The translations under genes and the position numbers were made by a program. A stretch of 64,000 nt of DNA from Perna viridis (taxonomy: Eukaryota), in assembly GCA_037379345.1 (NCBI GenBank), contig CM074521.1, positions 18,686,704 through 18,750,703 on the forward strand. Reading direction: 5' to 3'. The notes under the pieces were generated by a model. That model was not told the origin of the DNA and searched no databases. It worked only from the letters and a program-made list of their open reading frames with translations. This document shows positions 1 through 13,095 of this stretch, piece after piece. The number at the start of each line of letters is the position of its first letter. Position 1 is the first letter of the stretch.

Positions 1-3000
1 TCAAAGAGACAACCATTCGACCAGGAATAGGAAATTGACCGCTCCGTGGTTACGAATTGGCAGATGAGAGTCACATCTACTTTTTACACACGAGTTTTTT
101 CTGTGTCAATTCCAATTCAATGAAGCGCTTAAAAACGTTCAACCAATCCAAAGGCTTAGATAAAGGTCACTATGGAGTTAGTGCAATAGACTCCTCAAGG
201 AGACTATCGCACCGTGCAATAGTACATCGACAGTGCAATAGATCGCCCTGTCCTGAATAGATTTTGAAAATAGAGAAAAGTATGTGTATATTTAATAAAC
301 AACATAAAACCTTATAATAAGGTAATAATCTGTCTTATCACTCTCGGATATCTTGTATTTGCATGCTTTAGGAAGGATATCTTTTTTACGTTGTTTTTTA
401 TGGTATGCAATTTGTTTTTATTTCCTTATTTTGTCGATGAAACCTTTTATACCTCAGCTATTTTTTACTGAGTAATCAAGTGATTTTACTATTAATTTAC
501 ACGGATTGAACTGCGCTGACATGTGTCACTGACTAATTTTTGTTTATACTACCACCACCACTCTATTTGAGCAGTCAAATGCATCGATCGCATATTTACA
601 AGTGATATACGGTCACTGGCTGAATATAACTTTCTTTTGTGACGTAACGAACGATACATTTTTTTTGCGGTAGCCCGATGTCGTCCGTTTCGTATTAAAA
701 TGAAAATATTTCCCTGCTTAAATCCTCGTCTTTAATTGAAAATTGTCTTACAGTATAAAGATAATAATGGTGCACTGACTTGAAAAAAATATAAGTATTT
801 TACAACTTTGTACACAATAATCTATTCTTATATATTATAAATGATAGATCATTCGATCAAAATTCTAGACCTTGTCACCTATACTTTCTATCCAAAAATA
901 AAAACAAAACATGGTTTATATCAGCTCAGCACATACATTACTGCATTGATTTCAAATACCGTCAATGTATTTTAACATTTTCATTTTTTGCGGATTCTGT
1001 AAAGGGAGCATACTCGCGGGTATCAACTTTTGTGGTTTAAAAAAAAATGATTAATGTTATATAGTGTTATGAATCATCTTCGCGTGTACTTGTTTTCGCA
1101 CTTTTATGATCACCACGAAAATATCGAAAATTTAGCCCGTCGCGGTATTTAATACTGTTACAGTAGAATATCAAGAAATGAGGCAGTTCTCTTAGTGTGC
1201 GTAATGTCCTTGGTAATCTCAAGTTCTGATAGATACATACAAATTTGTGGAAGCTTGAATAACAGAAAGTTTTCTATATAACAGAAATATTGCGAAAGAG
1301 AATAAGTAAGCAAGTCTATGTAGCCTTAAAAAATTCCTACGAATTTTATTGTTAAAAAAATATCATAAAAATCACTTGTTGCTCTTTCGTACTCGCTGCG
1401 ACATTTTGATATTATCGGTTTCATTTAAAAAAAAAACTGAAGACATGCTGTATTTATATAAAAGATCTAATCAACAATCGCCTACGTACCAAGACGTATA
1501 CACCTGTTGCCTGTACTTGGATGAGGTACACACATTTCATTGAGAAAACAAATATTAGTCTGGCAACTTTCAGCAAACGCCTGTAAAGATACGACAAGAT
1601 TAAATAAATATTTCAATTTAAAAAAAAACAATTCAGCAGTCAAAAGTGTGTTAAATTTTTCAAGATTTATATATATCAAGATCATCATCCATGACTATTT
1701 TTTTCATATTCAAAAATCTATTTCCAACGTAACTATTCTTTGAATGTAGCGAAAGAATACATGTGTAAGACGTTGCAATATATTTGTTAATGCAGTGGGT
1801 CGGGAGACATTAAGTTTATAAAAAAAATGTGTCTAAACAACAGTCGGTGGATGGGCCAAAATAATGACAATATTCTTTGGTGACAATGATAAATTCACTT
1901 TCTTGTAAAAGAGTAATATTTAAAATGGCAAAACCAGTAATGATAAAGCATGGTAGGCCCAAATTGTCACCCTTATATTATTCGTAAATGACATTGGATA
2001 AAAAGAAAGAAAAACAGAACAAACAAAACTAAGTCAAGTACTAACTGCAGTCTAGGCGGTTGAATTTTCTTCTTCCTCGTTCGGTGATATTCGCACCGTA
2101 AGGCCGAAATGGTGATCTCCCACTTTTACTATTTAAATACTTATACTATTTACTTACCAGTTATTCATATGCAAGTTACACCAATCCTATTCATAAGTAA
2201 CTTTACTAAACAAACCTCGGGTATCATTAAAGCATCTTTATATATAAATCCTGCAATGTTTGTAAATAACAGGGATGTACTAACTCCCCCTCTGTTATTG
2301 ATATGACAAATCTTTAATGAGAAATGTATTGAGCAGCAACTCTGGATTAGCGCACATAATTTTAAACAGGTTGACTGTGATATATAGGACTGCTATATCC
2401 CTATGTGACCTTCTAGAAAATTTCTGTTTCGTGAAAGAATCTTTTTTACAATTAGCCTTGTCGAAGTCATGGAGGAGGTATCCGTCGTTTTTAGCACCTT
2501 AATAACAGTCGGGGTGGTTACACTGCTGATAACAACAACATTAAGCCTTTTATATGAAAAGAAAATAAAGGACTGTTTTTAGTTGGACTCCATTGTACAA
2601 TTATAAATCATGTTATGCATAACATTTTACGTCTAAATCGAAGTTTTTGTTAAGTTATTGGCACATATAATGCATTTATACATCACCAATACACAATAAA
2701 GAAATAGTGAGATGAAGGACAAGGAAATCATATATTGCGCATAAAGACTGAAGATAATAAAAACAAGGCGTCACACAAAAAACTAAAGCGATTGCAATAC
2801 GAAAATCCAGAAGTGACATCAGGTGCTATGAAAGGGTAAGCATGTCTTGTTCCGCCAGTAACACCCGTCATTTTGCAAGTGAATATAATCCTGTAAGAGT
2901 CAACAAACAATAATGCACTCCAGACACGAATCACAGAAAAGTGCCGTCAAAAATTATCCACAATCAACGGTTCAGGGTCCAACGCCCAAAACTTAAATAT

Positions 3001-3354
3001 AACAAAGTACTTTTAACTGTTGTTGACGTGATCAATTTCAATGACTTTGATTGGAGCACGAAGGAAGTTAAGAATATTCTCAGATTTAAATATTTGTGGC
3101 GCTGGACCATGGCTGGCTATGGTGTACCTCACCACTACTTTGCGTGGCAATATGACAGTAAGTCTATCTTCCTGAACATTGTATGAAAATGTTAAAGGAA
3201 ATAACAAAATTACGACGTTACAAAAAAACAACAACAAAAAAACGAAAAAAAAAACAAAAACAAAAACAAAAAAAACGCGGACCAGTACGTTTCTTTATAT
3301 ATATATTTTGGGGTTCTTCATCTGATTCTTTGTTGTCCATGGAATAGTTCCTTA

Positions 3355-3665
3355 TAATACTTCTTACAATAAAGCTTCTGGAATAGGGTTATGTTGCTAC
3401 AAGATGGACCTAAGCACTTTAGAAGTTTTATGGTCATCATCATTAGCTCGTGGATTGTTGCAGTGTATCTATTTGAACCTTGAGAACCGATTTATTCAAC
3501 GTGTCATATCATTCCTTTCCTCTTTCAACTACCCTGGACTTGTTTTTTTATGAGCAATTCGGTGGGTGTTTCTAGAAATGCAGAGGGCGTTTACTATACG
3601 GTACACCTATTCCATGTTCCCAGTTTGTACTGGAATCCGTGTTGTTCTTTGTTGTGTGTGTTTTT
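3355..3665 (+). mobile_element. Penelope-like fragment, same family as 12376-13095
   Basis: Aligns by eye to 12670-12960 (gggttatgttgctacaagat, gaagttttatggtc). Confidence 0.8.
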
Positions 3666-4418
3666 CTCTATATAAGAAAGAATAAATCCACCTGTTATTG
3701 CCTCATCTGAGTGAAGAACAAATCTGAACGATGAACCATGAAATATTTGTCTATCTGAATTTCCCGGTGAACAGTATTGCTGCCAAGGTATCTACAAAGC
3801 ATTATCAGATTTATCAACATTATTTTAAAAATGAAGGCAAAAAACACAAGAAATGTATTTTTTTGTAAAATACAATTAACCTGAATAAAAATAGTGCTAT
3901 AATCACGAAAGGTCATTAAACACCATTAAAATATGGTCGTTTAATAAGCCAATCGTCAATGTGATTGGATATGCCAGTACCTCTGCTTTCATCACCGAAC
4001 ACTTCAGGGAACACCGCTGAGCACCATATTACGATGCATAAGTACATTAAACCATTAAAATGTTTTAAAATATCAATTTCGATTCTAAAACACGTAAATC
4101 AACTTGTACAAAAATTGAATGGCAATAAGCGGAAACATAGAAATCACAATACTACGGTTTCAAATCTGGTTATTTTTTTTTTTAAATTGCGTTTATTATA
4201 TACAGTTGGTTGAAATAAAAGGTTGTCAAAATTAAACGAAAGACAAGACATGACATTATACAACATTTGTGAGTTTCATTTTACATACTGCCAACATACC
4301 ATTACTCTTTCTGTAATTTTACTAGATTTACATAAAGTTCTTTCTGATCGTTACTGGGATTATGAACCACCACACTGATAAAACGCAATATAACTCGTGT
4401 GTCCAATTTTACACTAAA

Positions 4419-4618
4419 NNNNNNNNNNNNNNNNNNNNNNNNNNNNNNNNNNNNNNNNNNNNNNNNNNNNNNNNNNNNNNNNNNNNNNNNNNNNNNNNNN
4501 NNNNNNNNNNNNNNNNNNNNNNNNNNNNNNNNNNNNNNNNNNNNNNNNNNNNNNNNNNNNNNNNNNNNNNNNNNNNNNNNNNNNNNNNNNNNNNNNNNNN
4601 NNNNNNNNNNNNNNNNNN
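4419..4618. other. Assembly gap (200 N)
   Basis: Run of N. Confidence 0.99.
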
Positions 4619-5039
4619 GTGAATCTCAGTGAGTAGTTTATGGGCTTAAGGGTTTCCGCAAAACAAGTTGTAGTAATGCTCTGGGCGAAGCCGTTTCTAT
4701 GTTTTGTAACGTCCATGCCCTTTTTTGATAAATTGTTGTGAACTGTTAAGAACACTTCTTGAATTCTGATATATGCATTCTCCCAACAAACAACGTATAG
4801 TTGGACATAAAAGACGGTGTCAAAGCGACAACAAACCCTAAAATCCCATTAATTTAGGGCTAGGTGACAGTTAGTGATCGCTGGTGACAAGAAATAAATA
4901 TTGATATTCATAAAAAAATAATATGCGTATAACAACTCAGAATAGTATACACAGTTATTATGAAGCTTGTATTTACTGCCCGATTTAGTCTTATATGCAT
5001 ACCTATCTCAGAAATGTGGTTTAACTCTCAAAAATACTA

Positions 5040-5638
5040 TGTACGCCCCAAACGTAAATAAATATAGCGACGTCATCATTTATATAAGGAGGGTCACGTT
5101 ATCTATGTGATGTCATAACTAATTGGTAGAAATTCATAATGCTGCGTAGGATTGACTAGGAAGCCATTTTAAATTCACTCGATTTGGGAGAAAAGAGCAG
5201 AACAATGTTGGCTATCATCGGTGTCAGTTGGAAATAAAATGACATTTACTCTCAGTGATTTTACCATGTCAGATAATAGGATTAAACTGAGTTATAGTTG
5301 GTTTGTATTCCTTTTGATATGGTGCAGTGTTCCAAGTCATTAACCATCCAGTATCTAGTCCAATACAAGTGCACAGCTACCCGAGTCAAGCCTCCTGTAG
5401 TTTTCCCGTAATATTCCAGTTTATTTAATAAAGTGTCTAGTTAGTTTTGTATACCTTTCCAGTTTCTAATTTGACCCTTGCCCGCATTCCTTGTATACCT
5501 TTTTGTAATCCTAACGAAATTTATTTTCAGTGTGCAATACCCATGAGTGTTCTGATTCTGCACAATGTGTTACAGAGTAGTTATATGGGAGTTTGCACAT
5601 TGAGATATTTTGTTTAGTCGGAAATTGGTTTGGTTACA
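5040..5638 (+). mobile_element. Candidate solo LTR
   Basis: TGT...ACA ends, TATATAA at about 5082, AATAAA at about 5428, near-TSD acta/agta. Confidence 0.4.
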
Positions 5639-5732
5639 AGTATAATATACTCCGAACCTTCCTTTGATCCATATGCGGTAACTTGATAAAACATATACAT
5701 AAACATTATGAAAATAAAATTCTAGCTGAAAT

Positions 5733-5970
5733 CAAAATAATGCAATCCATGGACAAAGACCAGACATGGAAAACAGACACAGACAACTAAGAACATGAAA
5801 CAACTAAAATAATACGCACAAAGTAACAAACGTAAATGAACAACTTGGACTCCACTAAAAACTGGGAGCATGGACCAGGTGCACCGTTAGCGTCGGCGTC
5901 ATCTGCTTTTCTAGAAACACCCGCCGAGTCGCTCACAAAACGTCAGGTCAGTAGTAGACGAAAAATGGAA
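5733..5970 (-). mobile_element. Penelope-like 3' fragment
   Basis: Reverse complement of about 12830-13060. Confidence 0.8.
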
Positions 5971-6289
5971 AAGACAAACAAGTCAAAACCAATTTTGTTT
6001 GTTAACCTTCCGGATGTGAATATTTCGAGGTATCTTTTTTTTACAATCAGCTTCTGATTCCAAAAACAAATGCTGTATCTGTATGGTCAAACTCCATGAA
6101 ACATCTAGGTTTGAGGTCTCAATTGTCCACATGCAATTAGGAGTACTAAAATTATGTTAAAATGTAAAAACATTTTGAAGTAAATTTTGCAGTTTTCTAT
6201 TTTGAAAAAAAAAAATTGTTAAATGGTGATATTCGATAGTTTTTTCATTGTTATGTTAAATATTTTCCTTACTTCATATCATTATTGAA

Positions 6290-6385
6290 AGAGTAATCAA
6301 GGGAACCAAGGTTATAGCGGTATGAGCAACTCGGACTCCACTAAAACCTGTAAGCATGGACCAGGTGCACCGGTAGGGTAAGTGT
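6290..6385 (-). mobile_element. Penelope-like 3' terminal fragment, internally deleted
   Basis: Begins agagtaatcaagggaaccaaggttatagcgg, the element terminus. Confidence 0.75.
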
Positions 6386-7115
6386 CCAATAAATAGACAA
6401 AGTGATTGAAAAGGTAAAATTGCATTCCCATGCGCGTTTCCAGTTACGAAATATAAGTACACATTACAAATAGGCATCGGAGACAAATATGAACATCAAT
6501 TTTCGGTTCAAATAAGTATTAAACTGTTTTATTGTACAATAAATTTGTACTCTTAAAGCTTTGACACACGAAGAGTGAAATCAGAACAAATTTTGACTGG
6601 GTGCTAGTGTAAGTAATTTTCCGAGTTTCAATTCTTAAGTAAAATAAAAATAAAGTAATCATACTATGAAGAGATAGACGGGACTCCTGGAGTTGTTAAA
6701 TACTTTTTATATACATTTGCTTTCAAGGTCTGTATTTCTCCGGTTCCAGCTGGCATAGAAAATATCGTGACATTATATCAATGCTAAGCAGTTAAACCAG
6801 CCAATAAAACAATATTGTATCGTAACTTTCATTTCTTCCGTCGACAATTTAAAGTCGTTCACTTTTTGCAGACGATGCATATCTAAACAAAAAGTATTTC
6901 AAGAAAAAAAACAGGATAGATCCTTTTGAGTTAAGTTTGTTAACGTGCTCAATATACACTTCCGTGAGTAGGGGCTTGAACAGAACAACATAATTTTCCT
7001 GGCGAAAGTGTATATTGAGCATGCTCTACGAATGCCCATTGACTATCTTTAATTAGCATTAAATGGTCTGTAAAGCATTCAAAATCTGATTAATGTAAAT
7101 GTAAGCTGTCAAACT

Positions 7116-7468
7116 TAAGTTTAAGTCTTTGTAAGAATCAGGCAAAATGGAAAAATCAGAAACATGCATGTTAAAACCCCACCGTTCTGACAATAAAATT
7201 TAACTCGGCGATGTTTGTTTTTCTCTGCATCACTCACTTGATTTTTTTTCAATTGAATGTAACAAAAATAAGGTTTTTAACAGAGTTATCTGCCCTTGAA
7301 ATGTTCATTTACAGTGTATTTCAATGAAATTATAATTTAATATATCAAAGTGATTTGGAAAATCTTGTCTTCCTTTCTTTGATTAGCCTTATTAAACTTT
7401 CAAAATGGTGCGTTTTTTTCATACCATGTTTCACTTACTGCTTGATTCTTACAGAGGCTGACACTTAA
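7116..7468. mobile_element. TTAA-flanked non-autonomous DNA transposon (another copy at 40034-40394, partial at 50827)
   Basis: TTAA-GT..AG...gtaagaatca / tgattctta...ctgacac-TTAA termini; internal sequence shared with 40034-40394. Confidence 0.75.
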
Positions 7469-8606
7469 CAGAAAGACGCTCTGTTATGCCGGAGTCTTTG
7501 AACATTTTTCCGACGCAGTCGGTATAGTTTTGATTTTTATCCTTTGATCTTAAGGACGTGCTTCTATGGAAACGCAAGTCACCTGATCGTAATTCTGTTT
7601 CCCGATTGGCCAAATACTGATAACATAGTGGCGTTCGAAAAAATGTATCGAAAATTTATAATTGTGTGCCGTGTGTTATTTTCTTGAAAGAAATGTAGAA
7701 ACTTAGAAATAAAAGGAAGAAATTTTTACTGCGTCGGCTATCTTTTTTTTAAAGATAATACTTGTTTATTAGTGTGCCTACTATCTTTTAACAATTACGA
7801 AATTGAATCATGAAATAAAAAAATACTAATACTACTTAGGGAAATCATTTCCTATTCCTATTGAATTTGACAGAAATGTAATATATAAATTCTATGACTG
7901 AAGCCATAGTAAATCATATCAATCAAAAAATCAGGCATTTTTCAATATTTCGATTCCAGAAGATGATGTTCCTACAAAGCGTACTATCTTAAAGGAATGA
8001 TAATTAATATGAAAAGAAAAACAAAATATAAGTTGATAATCGGCAGGGTAAACGAACAGTGTTATTGATATACAGAACCAATACACATATAGTTGTGTGG
8101 AAACTCTTTTTTCCCTTTGTTTTATCTTAAATTCCATGAATATGGCTCCTTTTTTTAAATTAGTGTGACAAATCATTTTGGTGATCCGATATTATTATTT
8201 CTATTTCAGGATTAAAACCACATAACTGTAACAGAAAGTTCTAAAATTAATCAAAGAAACGGAAATGAAAACTAATAAAATGCCACAAATGTCCTAATTA
8301 CAATATAGTGCATTTCTTATAACCTTCTTGAATGCGTTGTGTGAAAATTACCATTTAATTCAGTAAATCTTTCACAATTCTGGCCATCATGAAGTACAAT
8401 GTCATTGTAGTATCTCATTATTCACTTCATATCAAATATCATGAAAGTGTTCATAAGGTTTGTTGTCTTTTTGATGTATACACTATTTCTTTTCTCGCCG
8501 AATTATGCAATAAATTCGTCAAAACGAGTTTGCGTTCAAGAAAACAAAACTTTTTTCCTACTTCACAATATCTTTATTCACTACCTATAATAAATCATGA
8601 AAGTGT

Positions 8607-8850
8607 TACAATACTCGCTTCACAATTTGAGAAGTACTTAACTTTTTGATGTCGAAATGTTCACAATAGATAGGCGCGGTGATGTTTTTAGCCTGTGCCT
8701 ATACAGTAAACCCAATGGCGATAATGGGTAAGGGTCTTGTGAATCAGTTGAGATGATGGTTCACGGACGGTCATACAGGATGCATTCAGTTTCAGTTAGT
8801 ATATCGATAAGATAGTCTATATCAGTATTACCTCGTCCTAGTGTCAACGA
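8607..8850 (-). mobile_element. Inverted copy of the BEL integrase segment
   Basis: 8607-8784 is the reverse complement of 10766-10944; the minus frame reads LGRGNTDIDYLIDILTETECILYDRP*. Confidence 0.85.
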
Positions 8851-8879
8851 TTCAAATTCGCCAAAAGAATAATAACATA

Positions 8880-11400
8880 CTTTGACATTGACCGTGCTTT
8901 GCCGACAGTTGATCATGATGCAATCAAAAAGAAACAGAGTGTTATTCTGAAATAAGATGAGGAAATTCTACTAAACACACAAGAATCTGAAATGACGGAT
9001 GAGTACAATTAAGACTTAGAAATATACTTGCGATAATATAGGAAATTGATTTCAACATAAACAGTCAAACTTAAGGATGAACCTTCACATGAAACTCAAC
9101 ACTTTCCATGTATCACATACCTGGTGAAAACATTTCACTGTATGAAACACGACGTATACCTAGCACTTCCATTAAGAACGGCAACTTCAGAATATCATAA
9201 AATGTCAGCTACACAGCCAGCTTTCAATATTATGAATGAGTTCACACATGACCCATCTCACACAAGCACAATGTCTGGCAAGAATCATTGTTTACCCAAA
9301 CTTTCACTACTTACATAATCTGGAGATACCTTAGAGTTGCAGTATATCTGGGACTCATTTTAAACAACTATCAATGGAAATCATACGTTAATTAATATAG
9401 AACAGTTAAGTTACTTACAGTCGCTATATGAGGCCGAAGCTAAGAATGTGATATCTAACGCAAATTATCAGAAACCAAATGAAATGTTGACAAAACGTTT
9501 TGGATAGGGCAACAAAGTTGTAAATGCCTAGACGAAAACTTTACTTGAATTACCGGCTTTCAGTGATAATCTAGAAAGCATACACACACAGTTTTGTTAT
9601 GAGAAGTACGGGGCAAATATTAGATTTTTGAAGTCTTAAGGACAATGTCAAGAAATGTATGGGTCACTTCTCATCCCTGTAATGCTAGGGGAACTTCCAG
9701 AATCAATCAAACGCAACATAACCAGAGAAAACAAAAATGATGACTAGACTATATCTAAACTTAGAGAAGCTCTAGAACAAGTGATTTCTACAGAGGAGGC
9801 TAATGCATCAGATAGTAATGGACTTGACAGACGCCCAACAACGAGCTTGCATACTGGAGTAGGTAAATTATTCATTGTAAGATGAGACCAATTGTGCACC
9901 AGTTATTGCAGACCTCTTCTTGTACTGATATGAATCAAAATATATTTGCTAGAATAAAAAAAACTCAAAACATTTGGTACAAAAAATAAATAACGCCTCA
10001 TGTATTTGGACGATATTTTGGCTCTAAAGAACAAAGACTGAAATTCTAATACTAAAGATATAAATCCTGAAGAACTGTCTTTAAAAAAACAAATATAGAT
10101 AATAAAGAATGTCCGTTTCTTGAAGAAGTATTCATATCGATTATGGTAAACTTAATACTCACATTTACGTAATTTTTCATTCCTTATTGTCAACTATCCG
10201 TTTTTAGATTGTGACGTCCCATTGTCACCATAATATATTGTTTACATATCACAATTCGTTCAATTTGCTCGTATTTTTAACTATGTTTCGGATTTTAACA
10301 AAAGGAATCTTTGTGTAACCTAAATGACATCAAACTCTGGTTTTGCGGACCAGATTGTACACAAGGAACAATGTCCTAAATGGAACGAAATTCCATCATA
10401 ATACCAATTTTAATAGACGAAGAACAATATGAAACAGAGTATAAACCAATAGAAATGTTCCAAAACCAGTCATGGATATAAAGAGATTTAGTAGCTATCA
10501 AAAGGTAACGCGTGTGGTATCGTTTATCTTGCGATTAGCAGAGAACTGCCAAAAAATCAGAAAAGCAGAAATACTACAAGTGGATCAAGTACAAAATGCG
10601 TCTCAATTTTTAATCAGATCTGTCCAACAGAGTGTTTATAGTGAAGAAATTGACGACATTAACTTACAAAAAGAAAGCCGAATTCCATTAGATCATCAAT
10701 TACGACTCTACATCGATGAAAATGGACTTTTGCAATCTGGAAGTAGAATAGACAATGCCAGCATTTGCACCCTGGATGACCGTCCGTAAACGATCATCTC
10801 AACTGATTCACAAGACCCTTACCCATTATCGCCATTGGGTTTACTATATAGGCACAGGCTAAAAACGTCACCGCGCCTATCTATTGTGCAACGTTTCGAC
10901 ATCAAAAAGTTAAGTACTTCTCAACTTATGAAGCGAGTATTGTATCAACGTGAACTATTACAACATTTTTACATGAGATGAAAGAAAGAATATCTTACTT
11001 CGCTATGCAATTTTCACAGAACATACGGTAGTAACACACCAGTGATCAAAGTTGGAGACTATGAATAATTACCACGTACTGTATGGAATGTAGGGTCAGT
11101 TATGGACCTAAAGCGCGGCGGAGATGGGTAGACGAAATCTACGATAGTGCGTACCAAACACGCAGAACAGACAGATTGTGAAGTTAAAGCCACTGGAGGT
11201 CACAACAACTGAAGAATCATATGTACACAAGACAACTGAAAGATTGAAATATCAAGGACAGTAAATTTAATGGTTAAATATTAATTGAATAATCGATTTC
11301 TAACATAGACATTTGTGGTTTAGCTATTCTTTTACTTCTAGTGAAAGTTTTATCTTAGTTATTATTAAGTTGGATGTATGATCAAAATTCCTTTTTTTGC
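8880..11400 (+). mobile_element. Decayed BEL/Pao LTR retrotransposon (gag DUF1759-like, pol and integrase C-terminal fragments)
   Basis: Broken frames give LPKLSLLT*SGDTLELQYIWDSF (gag), LWFCGPD, DIKRFSSYQKVTRV...LYIDENGLLQSGSRIDNA, DRP*...PLSP...KKEYLTSL and PRTVWNVG...GGDG*TKSTIVRT. RT/RNaseH are deleted. Confidence 0.85.
9870..10320 (+). mobile_element. Penelope-like RT fragment nested in the BEL relic
   Basis: YLDDILAL and FSFLIVNYPFLDCDVPLSP*YIVYISQFVQFARI, paralogous to ORF 12392. Confidence 0.7.
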
Positions 11401-11439
11401 GCCCTAAAGTAAAAGTCGATAAAAATTGAATTTCTGAAA

Positions 11440-11815
11440 GTGTCCAACGTCGCATGTACCTTTACGCGTTACCGCTATGTATGTTATGTCACTGTATATG
11501 TAACCATAACCATATAAATGTCAGTACTCATGTTCTCCTTTAAATGTTCGTAATGATTGACGTCTCTTTCTACTGAATGATAGAACAAGGCTATATCCTA
11601 GCATCTCTCAGAAACATTAATATTGGTCCCGCGAGGCAGATACGCCATGGATTCATCAAGAATAAAGTTATTCCAAGCAGAAGATAGAGCTGCAATTATA
11701 AGATTCTTCAAGACCTTGGAGGATCTCGCCGAAATAGAGACTTTGATATTGAACGTGCTTCGCCGATAGTTGATGCAATCGAAAAGAAGCAGAGTGCTGA
11801 AATAAAATGAGGAAA
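11440..11815 (+). mobile_element. BEL LTR remnant, PBS-like TGGTCCCGCGAG (about 11623) and gag N-terminus
   Basis: ATG at about 11647 gives MDSSRIKLFQAEDRAAIIRFF. 11742-11815 duplicates gag sequence at 8881-8968. Confidence 0.6.
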
Positions 11816-12375
11816 CACAGGCATGGGCATCTCTTGTAATGTCCGGTAAACCTTTTAGCTCAAAGAGAACTTAACATTTCTGCAAATGAACCGATGTACT
11901 ACGAAATACGTCAGATTTCAATGTGGAATGATTAGCAGCTTCTGGTGATCTTATAAAAAAATGTAACATTAAGTTGCGTTATGTCCATTTATTTTATATA
12001 GCATATATATTTATCTTGTTCGAATTCGAAAATCAAATCAAAAAGAAAATAAAAAAGTTTGAAGACAGCACTTTGTTGTTAAATTTTCACTGTCATAATT
12101 TTTTTAGAAAAAAAACCTCTCTCTCTCTCTCTGTTCAAAGGTTTGTCCTTGATTTACCGTTTATTTTTTGGTTTTCCTATATTGAAATCGTATAAAGACT
12201 TACCATCGTACACACTGACACTGTGTAAAGGACATCCAAGTACATACATTTTCAGCAGAACCTTCATTTCAAAGACTGACATTAATGCTAACCAGGCACA
12301 GGTCATGTTGCCTTGACTAAAAGACCAGAAGAAATCTATTCACAATTCATCACTATACAAACTACCTTTTTATCC

Positions 12376-13095
12376 TAATTTCGGGGATTTAATGCATCGC
12401 ATCTACCCAAAAGAACTTGAGATAAAGGATACTACAGACACTGTGAAGTCAGCCTCATGTCTTGACCTACACTTAGAAATCGATGGTATAGGAAAACAAT
12501 TGACCAAACTTTACGACAATCGTGATGACTTTTCATTCAGAATTGTCAACTTTCCTTTCATCTGTGGCAACATCCTTTCGGCTTCTGCGTATGAAGTGTT
12601 CATATCACAACTCATACGTTATGCCGGAGCTTGCCGAAACTACGCAGACTTTTTGTATCTCGCTAGAACTCTAACAAATAGGCTTCTGGAACAGGGTTAT
12701 GTTGCTACAAGATTGAAGTCATCACTACAGAAGTTTTATGGTCGTCATCATGAACTCGTGGATCGTTATGGTGTATCCATCAGCACCATGAAAACTGATT
12801 TATTCAACGGGTCATAGTTTTCCTTTCCTCGTTTGTCTACCCCGGACTTGACTTTTTATGAGAAACTCGGCGGGTGTTTCTAGAAAAGCAGAGGACGCTT
12901 ACCCTACCGATGCACCTGGTCCATGCTCCCAGGTTTTAGTGGAATCCGAGCTGCTCTTTACTTTTGTTACTTTGTATGTATGATTTTAGTTACTTTATGT
13001 TCTTTGTTGTGTATGTCTGTTTTCCATGTCTGGTCTTTGTCCCTGGATTACATTCTTTTGATTACCGCTATAACCTTGGTTCCCTTGATTACTCT
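12376..13095 (+). mobile_element. 5'-truncated Penelope-like retroelement (RT C-terminus plus 3' noncoding end)
   Basis: ORF 12392-12817: IYPKELEIKDTT...ASCLDL...KLYDNRDDFSFRIVNFPF...SQLIRY...KFYGRH. The 3' tail ending ...ccttggttcccttgattactct recurs many times in the window. Confidence 0.85.

Noticed and set aside
57-3237. Short ORFs in the first 3 kb, and similar 60-100 aa ORFs elsewhere
   Set aside because: Composition typical of AT-rich noncoding DNA or repeat fragments; no motifs.
4362-4755. ORFs spanning 4362-4755
   Set aside because: Artefacts of the N gap.
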